Shown piece after piece: positions 46,552 to 55,524 of a stretch of DNA of 64,000 nt. Under the pieces are notes generated by a model. That model was not told where the DNA came from. It ran no database searches and saw only the letters and a program-made list of their open reading frames with translations. The stretch covers positions 30,160 to 94,159 of the forward strand of contig JAJFVK010000020.1 in NCBI GenBank assembly GCA_021371795.1, written 5' to 3'. Source of the DNA: Planctomycetaceae bacterium. GTDB lineage: Bacteria; Planctomycetota; Phycisphaerae; Sedimentisphaerales; UBA12454. The position numbers and the translations under genes are program-made. The first letter of the stretch is position 1, and each line of letters begins with the position of its first letter.

Positions 46552-46605
46552 ATGTAAATTTCGCGCAAGAAATCAACGATATGAGTAGTGGATTTAGGTA
46601 AAATG

Positions 46606-46614
46606 TGTTATAAT
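46606..46614 (+). promoter_or_regulatory. Candidate extended -10 element for the S8 gene
   Basis: TGtTATAAT lies 24 nt before TTG 46638. The -35 is weak. Confidence 0.35.
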
Positions 46615-46637
46615 AAAATGCTTGTTTTGAGGTCGCA

Positions 46638-48089
46638 TTGGTAAACGTTTTTAATAAAATATTTGCTGTTTTATTGGTCTGTGCAACTGTTGGATTCGCT
46701 GTCGATGGGCAATATGGCGCGATTGATATCGCCGGGATTAATAAGGTTACAGCAATCGATGCAAACCTGACCGGTTCAGGCGTTAGTATCGGTCTTGTTT
46801 GCAGAAGCAATACTTATGAAGATTCATTTCCGCAAAATGATTACCGGCCGGATATTACTCACAAGTGTCTGCAAAACAGCAAAATAAATTTCTATGACGA
46901 CCAGTACATCGCCGGCGCAAATTCAAATCACTCAACTCAAATAGCTTCGATTCTTGTCGGCTCGGACTCAAACGCATTTTATCCTGCACTCGGTAATTTT
47001 TCGTACAAGTCCGCAGCTCCCGCTGCTCAACTGAAGGTCTATGAATTTTGGTACTTCATAACTGAAAATGTTTTTTCCGGGCAATGGCCGAAAGACGATT
47101 TGCTTACGATGAGTCTTGGCTCTTCAACCGAAGCGTGGTGGAGCAGGGGCATTGACGAAATGGTAGAACGCTACGGCTTTCTTGTCGTAGCGGCTATCGG
47201 CAACGGAACAGACGCTTATGATTTGCCATTGTACCCGGCAGCATGTACCAATGTCCTCGCGGTTGGCGTTGTCGATTCTAATAATTCGCTCACGGAATTT
47301 CATACTCCAGACGCAAGCCACTCAACGGCAGGCCCCACGCTTGACGGAAGATGCAAACCAGATATCGTCGCGCCGGGAAATTGTCTTACTGCTATAAGTA
47401 ATGTAAACGAGCCTTATAGACCCAGTGGCGATTATTCGAGTTTTGCCGCTCCGGTTGTTGCGGGCGTTGCTTCGATACTTATTCAAAAAGCAAAATCAGA
47501 CCCGAATCTGCAAATCGCGGCTTCCGGTTTCTCCGGCAACTGTGTTTTAAAATCTATCTTGATGACCAGCGCAGACAAACTTGTCGGCTGGCACAAAGGC
47601 GCCGCAGATAACAACGATGATTCTGAATACCCGCTGGATTTCAAACAGGGGGCGGGAATGGTCGATGCTCTGTCGGCGTATAATCTGCTTGTCGCAGGTT
47701 TGCAGCACGATGGCGATGTGAACGCAGCAGGCTGGGATATTAATTTGATTGATTCTTCTGCAGCGTCTGAAAAAGTTTACAGATTTGCAGCAACCGCCGG
47801 CGATGCTAAAAAACTCACAGCGACACTTGTGTGGAACAGAAGTTACGAAGTCAGTTATCCGTTTAATTTGAATATGAATTTATGGAACGATTTGCGACTG
47901 ACACTCCGTAAAATTGATGCCGACGGACAAATTAGCGTTGCTGATATAAGCGATAGTCCGGTTGACAATGTCGAACACATCTATATCAATCTCGAACCGG
48001 ATAGCACGTATGAACTGACGGTTTCAAACAGTCCGAATTACGAATCCAAAGACACAGCGATATATGCTTTGTCGTGGACGACAAAGTAA
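46638..48089 (+). CDS. Exported subtilase (S8) family protein, possibly lacking the catalytic Asp
   Basis: Signal peptide. His motif NHSTQIASILVG, oxyanion AAIGNG, Ser motif GDYSSFAAPVVAGVASIL. The position expected for Asp reads GSGVSIGLVCRS. Confidence 0.8.
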   Translation: MVNVFNKIFAVLLVCATVGFAVDGQYGAIDIAGINKVTAIDANLTGSGVSIGLVCRSNTYEDSFPQNDYRPDITHKCLQNSKINFYDDQYIAGANSNHSTQIASILVGSDSNAFYPALGNFSYKSAAPAAQLKVYEFWYFITENVFSGQWPKDDLLTMSLGSSTEAWWSRGIDEMVERYGFLVVAAIGNGTDAYDLPLYPAACTNVLAVGVVDSNNSLTEFHTPDASHSTAGPTLDGRCKPDIVAPGNCLTAISNVNEPYRPSGDYSSFAAPVVAGVASILIQKAKSDPNLQIAASGFSGNCVLKSILMTSADKLVGWHKGAADNNDDSEYPLDFKQGAGMVDALSAYNLLVAGLQHDGDVNAAGWDINLIDSSAASEKVYRFAATAGDAKKLTATLVWNRSYEVSYPFNLNMNLWNDLRLTLRKIDADGQISVADISDSPVDNVEHIYINLEPDSTYELTVSNSPNYESKDTAIYALSWTTK

Positions 48090-48164
48090 TTCTTAATTGT
48101 TAATTCTATTTTTAATTCCTTGTAGATTCCCCCGCGAGGGGATCTGGGGTCTAAATGAAAGTAC

Positions 48165-48192
48165 ATTTTTCTGCAATCGGCAAAAGTATTAC
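48165..48192 (+). repeat. 28-nt direct repeat, copy 1, abutting the HAD gene stop
   Basis: ATTTTTCTGCAATCGGCAAAAGTATTAC matches 49171-49198 at 25 of 28 positions. Confidence 0.75.
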
Positions 48193-48193
48193 G

Positions 48194-49021
48194 TTATAAA
48201 ATAGTTTGTAATAATTCAGCCAGCTTCAGAATATTTTCAACGACTAACGGTACGTTAATCCTGCCGGTTTCAACATCTTTTAAAGTGGCTTCGCCGGAAA
48301 GAACAAGAACGCCTAATGCACCGGCTCTTTCGGCCATTGTCATATCTGTATAAATTCTGTCTCCGACCATCGCCAGCTCATTGGGCTGAAGATTATGCCG
48401 TTTAAGAATTCCAGTGAGCATGCAAGGGTCTGGTTTCCCTAAAACAGCTTCAGGTTTTACGCCGGTCGCAGCGGTAAGTGCTGCACATACGGAGCCGCAG
48501 TCAACCAGAACCGTCGGCTGGTCAGTCGGGCAAACCCAATCAGGATGTGTCGCGATAAATGGTTTGCCTTGTTTCATCCACCACGCAGCTTTACACAGCC
48601 GCTCATAAGTCAGCGCCGTATCAAAGCCGACGATAACTAATTCTGGTTCGGCTATGTCATTCTCACGAATAACTGTAAAACCGGCCTGTTCAAATTCTTT
48701 CCGCAGACTTTCTGTTCCGAAGACAAATAATTTTTTTGCGTTTGGATACTTAACCTGTAAATAGTCGAGCGTTGCCATAGTCGAGGTGAACATATTATCT
48801 ATGTCTGCTGTCAGTCCCATGCCTTTGAGCTTTTCGATATAAGAGTCCACACTTCTGGACGAATTATTAGTCAGAAACGTATGGCCTATTCCCAATTTGC
48901 CAAATAGCTCAAGCGCCTTTGGTGTGAATGGGAACAATGTGCTTCCGCAATAAATCGTCCCATCCATATCCAGTGCGATGTGCCGGATTTTTTTTAACTG
49001 CTCAACTAATTTTTTGTCCAT
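48194..49021 (-). CDS. HAD-IIA family phosphatase (NagD-like)
   Basis: Motifs: LDMDGTIY, FLTNNSSRS, GKP, VGDRIYTD. Confidence 0.8.
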   Translation of the reverse strand: MDKKLVEQLKKIRHIALDMDGTIYCGSTLFPFTPKALELFGKLGIGHTFLTNNSSRSVDSYIEKLKGMGLTADIDNMFTSTMATLDYLQVKYPNAKKLFVFGTESLRKEFEQAGFTVIRENDIAEPELVIVGFDTALTYERLCKAAWWMKQGKPFIATHPDWVCPTDQPTVLVDCGSVCAALTAATGVKPEAVLGKPDPCMLTGILKRHNLQPNELAMVGDRIYTDMTMAERAGALGVLVLSGEATLKDVETGRINVPLVVENILKLAELLQTIL

Positions 49022-49170
49022 AGAACACTATGCTTTCTGGCACGCGGCCTTAAAGTGAGCCAACACAATCTCACCATATACCTATTTCAAGTGTCAAATC
49101 AAGCATAGTATAACGTTTTCTTATTAATTGTGAATGCCTAAAAGAATTTTCAAGCATTTTCATACCTGTG

Positions 49171-49198
49171 ATTTTTCTGCAATCGGTTAAAGTGTTAC
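49171..49198 (+). repeat. 28-nt direct repeat, copy 2, abutting the GH35 gene stop
   Basis: ATTTTTCTGCAATCGGTTAAAGTGTTAC. Confidence 0.75.
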
Positions 49199-49204
49199 AA
49201 TATA

Positions 49205-51340
49205 TTAAATTGCGTCAAACGGTACAATCGTTCCGCTGAACGGCTGAAGTTCAATATGCTGATTATTGAGCGAAATATTTCCATCAAGAGTCTGATTATG
49301 ATAATTTAGCATAAAAAAGTATCCGCTGTTATCTTTGGCCAAACGTGTACGGGTAATTATAAGCGGATTATCGCACGTAATCGACCCTTTGAAATTTATG
49401 TCAAGGCTCAAATTCTGCCAGGCCTGTTTGTGTGCGGATGCCTGATAGACAAAACCTGTTCCTAAAATTGATGCCGACCCTTTGCCGCATTTAACTTTTA
49501 CGCCGCAGATTTTTCCATCACGAGTCGTTGCGAGAGTTTCAGCCTTTTTACATTTGAATGTCTGGACGTAACTTATCGCGTGCATTTCCTGATTCGTTTT
49601 TAACCAGCGAATCATCCCATCGCTGTCGGTAAAAATTTTATCGCTGATTACCGAAAGCCCGTCGGCAAGGATTGAGCATATTTTTCCGTCAAGGTCGAAT
49701 TTCGGCAGTGTCGGGAAACAAATCAAATGCCCGCCTTGCTGTGCGTATTCAAGCAGCGATTGCTGACTTTTCGCGTCCATCCGCTCGGTACAGGCCGCCC
49801 ATAATTGTTTATATTTATGCAATTCCGTATTGGTGTTTGTAATATCGACAGCGTCGTATTCCTGATTATCCATCGCCAGAAGTTTGCCCAGACTCTCGAA
49901 AAGCAGTTCATCTGTAACCATCCGCGCATCAAGTTTGCAGCCGGCAAAAGAGCAGTCATCAAGATTTTCGCCGGTGAAAAGCGGATTGGTAAACTCACGA
50001 TAATAATAGGGCGGATAAAAGACCAAAGCCTGCAATGTTTTACTCTGGCATTCGGCAAGTTTTTGGCCGTGCGTTTTGATAAACTCGCCGATATTTTTAA
50101 TTACAGGATACTGTTCTGTCGGTTTGCCGTCTGCGTTCAAAGGCGTTTGCAGATAAAACGACGAATCATAAATTTCCCAGCCGGGCGGATTTTGTCCCTG
50201 ACTGAACATATAAAAATTCATCGCCGCTGCGCCGTTGGCAAGACACGCTTTATAAAATAATTCCATTTCGTTCGGATAAACTCGTACATTCGCTTCGCGC
50301 GTACCCGCCTGAAGCTCGGCGATATAAGTCGGCCCGCGATTGCCCTGAATCGCTTTGGTAAACGCGTTGATTAACCGGTCGTCGTGAAAATTCCGGTACG
50401 ATGGATTTTCCGGAATATGGTCAACGCCCAGCAGGACATCAGGATAAAGCTGTGCTAATTTGTGGTACATTGAAATGCAGACCGGCATTGTTTTGGCTCT
50501 GCCGAATACCCAGCCCGGCACATTATGAAACAGCGAAACAGTAACATTGCGTTTGCGAATTTCATTAATAAGCCTGCCGATATATTCAGCGTAAAAATCA
50601 CGATGGAAATTTTCCCAGTCACGATACGCCAGATGCTCCACTTTGTTTTTTACTTTGCCGGCAGGAGGAATGATTTCGCTAAAGTCGCTGTAAACCATAC
50701 CGTAATGCTTGTTTAACGCATTTATCGTTTTGTATGTTTTCTCAAGATATTTTTGATATGCCGCGATTGATGTTTTACAGTAATCGCCGCTGCCGCAGAG
50801 CCATTGAAATAATCCGACTTCGTTGCAGACCTGAATCATTGCGACTGGCCCGCCGTTTGAAATTTGACTCTTTGCGATAATCGGCATCACCGCGTCGTAC
50901 CACTGCATTGTCTTGCGTAAATAGTCTGGATGAGTAAGGCAGGTGTACTTTACCGGATATGGTTTGCCGGTTGAATCACACGCCAAAGCGTCAGGATATT
51001 TCTCTGAAAACCATTTTGGTATTCCGTGCATCGCAAGTTCGGCCAGAATATAAGGCCCCGGCTTTAGAATTAAATTCAATTCATTTTTTTTGCACAGGAA
51101 AATAAATTTTTCCAGGTTCAGATTCGCCGCGTATTTGCCGGCGAAATCCGCTTTGCCTTCGATTTGTTCGTGCAGCGACCATGGCACATACGACGACACG
51201 GTATTTAGTCCTGCCTGTTTAAGAAGTTTTAAATGTTTTTCCCAGCGGTCAGCCTCGATGCGAAAGTAGTGCATCTCACCGCTTAAAATAAAATAACTTT
51301 CGCCGTTTTTCTGAAACGAATTATTGTTGAACGTTATCAA
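49205..51340 (-). CDS. GH35-family beta-galactosidase
   Basis: Motifs: GEMHYFRI, GLNTVSSYVPWSLHE, KPGPYILAELAMHGIPKW, MIQVCNEVG (acid/base Glu context). Confidence 0.85.
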   Translation of the reverse strand: MITFNNNSFQKNGESYFILSGEMHYFRIEADRWEKHLKLLKQAGLNTVSSYVPWSLHEQIEGKADFAGKYAANLNLEKFIFLCKKNELNLILKPGPYILAELAMHGIPKWFSEKYPDALACDSTGKPYPVKYTCLTHPDYLRKTMQWYDAVMPIIAKSQISNGGPVAMIQVCNEVGLFQWLCGSGDYCKTSIAAYQKYLEKTYKTINALNKHYGMVYSDFSEIIPPAGKVKNKVEHLAYRDWENFHRDFYAEYIGRLINEIRKRNVTVSLFHNVPGWVFGRAKTMPVCISMYHKLAQLYPDVLLGVDHIPENPSYRNFHDDRLINAFTKAIQGNRGPTYIAELQAGTREANVRVYPNEMELFYKACLANGAAAMNFYMFSQGQNPPGWEIYDSSFYLQTPLNADGKPTEQYPVIKNIGEFIKTHGQKLAECQSKTLQALVFYPPYYYREFTNPLFTGENLDDCSFAGCKLDARMVTDELLFESLGKLLAMDNQEYDAVDITNTNTELHKYKQLWAACTERMDAKSQQSLLEYAQQGGHLICFPTLPKFDLDGKICSILADGLSVISDKIFTDSDGMIRWLKTNQEMHAISYVQTFKCKKAETLATTRDGKICGVKVKCGKGSASILGTGFVYQASAHKQAWQNLSLDINFKGSITCDNPLIITRTRLAKDNSGYFFMLNYHNQTLDGNISLNNQHIELQPFSGTIVPFDAI

Positions 51341-51341
51341 T

Positions 51342-54257
51342 CTATTGCTCCCGTATAATCAGTTCCGCACCGGCAGGAACCGCAAAGCCGTTTGGCGGCC
51401 GTCTTGTGCAGCTCACTTCTATTATTGTTTTTTTGTTTGTGCCGCGTTTGATGTTATAGCTTAAAGTGCCGTATAAAGTTTGAAGATTTCTTACCGACAC
51501 GCTTTTATCAATCCATTCGTCAGGAACCGCCGCTGCCAGTACGAGTTTGCCGCGATCTTCATAAACGAGTATATCGCGAATAGCGTTGATTAACTCCGCG
51601 CCGACCCACGTGTGCGGCATATCGCCGATATAACTTGGCGTTCGCAAATCGCCGTACACAACTTCGGCCAGATGATTCCACGCAGTAGGGCGTACTCCGT
51701 CGCTGACGAGGAAATCAATTGTAGTTTTAGCGTCCGCGATTCTGCCCATACGAATTAAAGCGCCGATATTTCTCGCTTCATAAGGCGTATATGCACTGCG
51801 TTTATTATCCGGCTGCGCCGCACGCTTGATAGACTCTTGCATATATCTGTCATAGCTTGCTTTAAGGGCATCGGCAGGCAGGGTATCACGCTCGTCGGCA
51901 ATCATAATTCCGATGGATGTTGATGTCGGGTCAAAATCGCCGAGTTCCGCGCAGGCAGGCAGTGTCGTTAGATTATCTCGCTGCCGAACTCTTGCCATCG
52001 ATTCAAGTAATGACTTGCGAAATTCTTTTTCAAAATTGCCGAGCCACTCGGCGTCTTCTTTATATCCCAGCCGCAAAGCTATTGCCTGCGCATCCTGCAA
52101 ACCCTTCAAAGCGAAAAAGTCATCCCAGTAACTGTGTTTGGCAGGGAAATATCCTTCGTGACTGTTCGACTGCGGCAGAATTCCTTCGTATTCAGTGCCT
52201 TTATATTGTTCGGTCAAACGCTGATTGCGCAAATTCTCCATATATTTCATCACAGCCTTTAATTTTGGCCAGCATTGCATCGCGATATTATTGTCGTCTG
52301 TTATTTCCACGGCTTCGCGAACGAGAAACGCGTATTCGCCGAACGAATCGTATTCATTCCACGTATCGGAAAAGCCGACCGGATTGCCGGTCTTTGTTTC
52401 GATGATAAACGGCACGAAACCGTTGTCTTTTATCAAATTTGTAAACCACAGCAGGTAATTTTTGCTGAAATCTGTCATTCCGAATCGCATCATCGCCGTT
52501 GCGCTGATTGCGCCGTCGCGTATCCAGGAGTGGTTATAATTGCGAGAACCGGGCTGCGTTGCGGGGCCGTCGGCGTTGATTATTAGATATGCCAGGTTTG
52601 AACGCAGAACGTTGACCAATTTTTTATCTGGAATGTTGATGTCCCAGTCGCCGGTTAGTTTTCGCCAGTTCGCAAGCGATTTTTGCAGTTCGCTATTGAA
52701 AAATTCTTCGTAATTTCCATTGACGTATATATTGGATTTGTCGGTGTTCGGATAAATGGCGAGAATCGTTTTTGTTTCTTCGCCGGCAATATTAAAATCA
52801 TATCTTGCACCGGCTGAAACAATACCTTCATCTGATGCAACGGAATTGCCGTCCGTTTTTTGTTCCTGAAGATATTCGATAATATCGACAGAATCCGTCA
52901 TTGGCTTTTGGTTGTAAAGCGACGTAAACGTCGGCGACGGATAAAGTCGCATAGCCTGTACGTTGTCGAGCAGCAGGGTATTCTCGCTGTTTTGCCATTG
53001 TGCCTGTTTGATGGACGAATAGCCGCCGTACTGCCAGGGCGGATTTATCTGCAACGGCCTTGCCGCCAGCAGCAGCGAAACATCGCGAGCTGTTTGGCTT
53101 GTGTTTTTCAGTGTATAAAGCACGAGGGTTGTATCCGGTTCGATAGTATTTGCCGTGATGTCGAGTGTGAGGTCATTGCCTTGCAATTTTACAGCCGGTA
53201 TTGGCGCCCAGCCATCGGCCAGAGTTTGAGTCGCTGTAAAACTTTTTGCGCTGCACAGTTTGCCGTCGATTATCAGTGCGGGCGTTACGCTGAAGTTTCG
53301 CAGTCCGGATTCTACTTTTCCGTATTCGTCCAAAAGCGATTCATTAAAACTGCCCGCAAGCCCTGTTACAGTCCAGAAATTTTGTTCCCGTTTCAGCCAG
53401 CCGGGGAATATTCCATCCGGCAAACGCTGCGCGAGCATTTCAAAATGTCTGACAGGCGACCATTTTTCACTTGCGGACTTAAATTGTATGTTTGCGATGC
53501 GAACTGTGGGTGAGTTAAATACAAGACGTATTTTTTTTGTATTAACAGAATGGAAGAACAAATCTTCTACTTCCGCCGCTCCAGCTTTTTTATTCATTAC
53601 CAATTGATATTGATTGCTGTCATTGGAAAGCGATTCAATTTTGCAGGCCGGCGAAGAATTTTGTGCCCAGTTTATTTGCAGGCCGCCGATTTCCATTTTT
53701 TGCGGGAAACATAATTCAACAGTTGCGTTGTTGTCGGCAGATTGCCAGTATGTTGTTGTGTTGCCGTCTAATATCGCGTTAGCGTCTGTTCCTGCCGCGA
53801 CTGGGGATGCCTTCGCGATTATCTGGTTTTCCATTCCCAATATTTCAATTTCCCACAGTGAGTAACCCCATCCAGTTCCACGTTTGTTGCCGCAGATTCT
53901 AATACATTTTGTTTTTGTCGGGCCGAAATAAATTTCATCAACGCCTCCGTCGCCGTATTGCATATTATATTTTGTCAGCCATTTGCCGTCTGCTGTTACA
54001 GTTTGTATTTCATAGTCCCGACCGTAAGCTGTTTCCCAGTGAAGTCGCATCCCGACCAGTTCGGCAGGGCTGTTGAAATCTATTTGCAGCCATTGGTTGT
54101 CGGAAGCGGAGCTTGACCATCGGGTATCCATTTTTCCGTCCATCGCCGCCGATGCCGGCATTTCTCTCTGTTCAGAACTGGCGGTTAAGGTTGCTTGTTG
54201 TCCTGAAACGATTACAGAGGAAAGTCCCATAAATATAATCAAAAAAACGGGTTTCAT
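51342..54257 (-). CDS. Secreted glycoside hydrolase: two F5/8 type C (discoidin) domains plus a GH15-like (alpha/alpha)6 catalytic region
   Basis: AAGGAG lies 9 nt before ATG 54257. Signal peptide. DG...T.W.S...QWLQIDF repeated. NYNHSWIRDGA (GH15-like Y..W.RD motif). Confidence 0.6.
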   Translation of the reverse strand: MKPVFLIIFMGLSSVIVSGQQATLTASSEQREMPASAAMDGKMDTRWSSSASDNQWLQIDFNSPAELVGMRLHWETAYGRDYEIQTVTADGKWLTKYNMQYGDGGVDEIYFGPTKTKCIRICGNKRGTGWGYSLWEIEILGMENQIIAKASPVAAGTDANAILDGNTTTYWQSADNNATVELCFPQKMEIGGLQINWAQNSSPACKIESLSNDSNQYQLVMNKKAGAAEVEDLFFHSVNTKKIRLVFNSPTVRIANIQFKSASEKWSPVRHFEMLAQRLPDGIFPGWLKREQNFWTVTGLAGSFNESLLDEYGKVESGLRNFSVTPALIIDGKLCSAKSFTATQTLADGWAPIPAVKLQGNDLTLDITANTIEPDTTLVLYTLKNTSQTARDVSLLLAARPLQINPPWQYGGYSSIKQAQWQNSENTLLLDNVQAMRLYPSPTFTSLYNQKPMTDSVDIIEYLQEQKTDGNSVASDEGIVSAGARYDFNIAGEETKTILAIYPNTDKSNIYVNGNYEEFFNSELQKSLANWRKLTGDWDINIPDKKLVNVLRSNLAYLIINADGPATQPGSRNYNHSWIRDGAISATAMMRFGMTDFSKNYLLWFTNLIKDNGFVPFIIETKTGNPVGFSDTWNEYDSFGEYAFLVREAVEITDDNNIAMQCWPKLKAVMKYMENLRNQRLTEQYKGTEYEGILPQSNSHEGYFPAKHSYWDDFFALKGLQDAQAIALRLGYKEDAEWLGNFEKEFRKSLLESMARVRQRDNLTTLPACAELGDFDPTSTSIGIMIADERDTLPADALKASYDRYMQESIKRAAQPDNKRSAYTPYEARNIGALIRMGRIADAKTTIDFLVSDGVRPTAWNHLAEVVYGDLRTPSYIGDMPHTWVGAELINAIRDILVYEDRGKLVLAAAVPDEWIDKSVSVRNLQTLYGTLSYNIKRGTNKKTIIEVSCTRRPPNGFAVPAGAELIIREQ

Positions 54258-54318
54258 ATTAAAATTCTCCTTAAAAATCAATTTGTGGAACTTTTTAACG
54301 GATAAAATGTTAATTTTA

Positions 54319-54334
54319 TAAAAACGTTTTCATG
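54319..54334. promoter_or_regulatory. LacI-family operator candidate, site 1
   Basis: TAAAAACGTTTTCATG with palindromic core AAAACGTTTT. It matches the LacI/CcpA-type pattern TGWAANCGNTNWCA at 13 of 14 positions. Located in the divergent intergenic region. Confidence 0.55.
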
Positions 54335-54374
54335 AACAAAAGTCAAGTAAAAAATGCTAAAAATGAGGTTTTTT

Positions 54375-54396
54375 AAAAATTGTCTTGACAATTTTT
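54375..54396. promoter_or_regulatory. Perfect 10-2-10 palindrome overlapping the -35 of the lacI-family gene promoter
   Basis: AAAAATTGTC TT GACAATTTTT. TTGACA (54385-54390), 17 nt spacer, TAAAAA (54408-54413). Confidence 0.5.
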
Positions 54397-54452
54397 GGGC
54401 GGTGTTGTAAAAAGGCTTTCATAATAATTAACTTTTTTAGAGTATTACAGCA

Positions 54453-55499
54453 ATGGAAAAAGAAACAGAGACAGAAAGTATAACTATTCACGATGTTGCC
54501 GAAGTTGCGGGCGTTTCTATTTCAACAGTGTCCCGTGTGGTGAATGACCTGGGGCGTGTTGCGCCGGAAACCAAACGCAAAGTCGAATCGGCGATTCGCA
54601 GATTAAATTTTCATCCGAACAGCAGAGCACAGGCTCTAAGCAGAAAACGCACTGATACTATTGGTTTGATTGTGCCGGATTTCGAAGGTCAGTATTTTGC
54701 GATGCTGATGGAAGGTGCACACGAAGAAGCGCAAGCCAACGGCGTTCACATTATGGTTCTCAAAGCAAAAGGGCAGGAGGAAAAAATCGAAGCGGTCAGC
54801 CGATTGTGTTCGCAGGGGCGAACCGATGGTGTGATTTTAATGCTTTCCGATTTGTACAGCGATGTTCTCGAGGGTATCGGACCGATCAACAGCCCTTTAG
54901 TGATTCTCGACCAGGATGTTCATTCCTGGCGGCTCGATAATATATTATTGGATAACAGACTTGCGGCGTTTGAGGCTGCGAGGCATTTCATAGACGTTCA
55001 CAATGTTGACGATGTATTTTTCCTCGGTGGTTCCGAAACCAACGTTGACACCACGGCAAGAGCGATGGGCTTTTCCGATGCTTTGAAGCGACTGGGTCTT
55101 GACGCTGCGCAAAGGCAGTTTTTCTGCCGTGCTTATAGTTATGACGAAGGTTATCGTCTGACTGAAAAAGACATATTGCCGCTGATTGAGCAGGGCAAAA
55201 GATATGGTGTTGTGGCCGCTAACGATGATATTGCCTGCGGCGTAATAGATTCTCTGATGGATGGAGGCATTGATGTGCCGGGTCAGGTCGGCGTGATAGG
55301 CTTTGACGATTCTTCAATCGCAAGCCAGAGAAGATTGAAAATATCCACGATGAGAATACCTACCAAAGAAATTGGCAGAATGGCCGTGCGGATGATTCTT
55401 GACCGTGTTGCCGATAAAGTGAAGGAACCTGTCAAAGTTATATTGAAGGCAGAACTTGTGGTTCGTCAATCCTGCGGTTGCGGATTGAAGAAAAACTAA
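54453..55499 (+). CDS. LacI-family transcriptional regulator
   Basis: HTH ITIHDVAEVAGVSISTVSRVVN, followed by a periplasmic-binding-protein-like sugar domain. Confidence 0.85.
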   Translation: MEKETETESITIHDVAEVAGVSISTVSRVVNDLGRVAPETKRKVESAIRRLNFHPNSRAQALSRKRTDTIGLIVPDFEGQYFAMLMEGAHEEAQANGVHIMVLKAKGQEEKIEAVSRLCSQGRTDGVILMLSDLYSDVLEGIGPINSPLVILDQDVHSWRLDNILLDNRLAAFEAARHFIDVHNVDDVFFLGGSETNVDTTARAMGFSDALKRLGLDAAQRQFFCRAYSYDEGYRLTEKDILPLIEQGKRYGVVAANDDIACGVIDSLMDGGIDVPGQVGVIGFDDSSIASQRRLKISTMRIPTKEIGRMAVRMILDRVADKVKEPVKVILKAELVVRQSCGCGLKKN

Positions 55500-55524
55500 A
55501 AAAGCACAATTTTTGGAGATAGAC

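Noticed and set aside
52860-53513. 217-aa plus-strand ORF
   Set aside because: It lies antisense to the discoidin/GH15-like gene and is Arg/Cys-rich junk.
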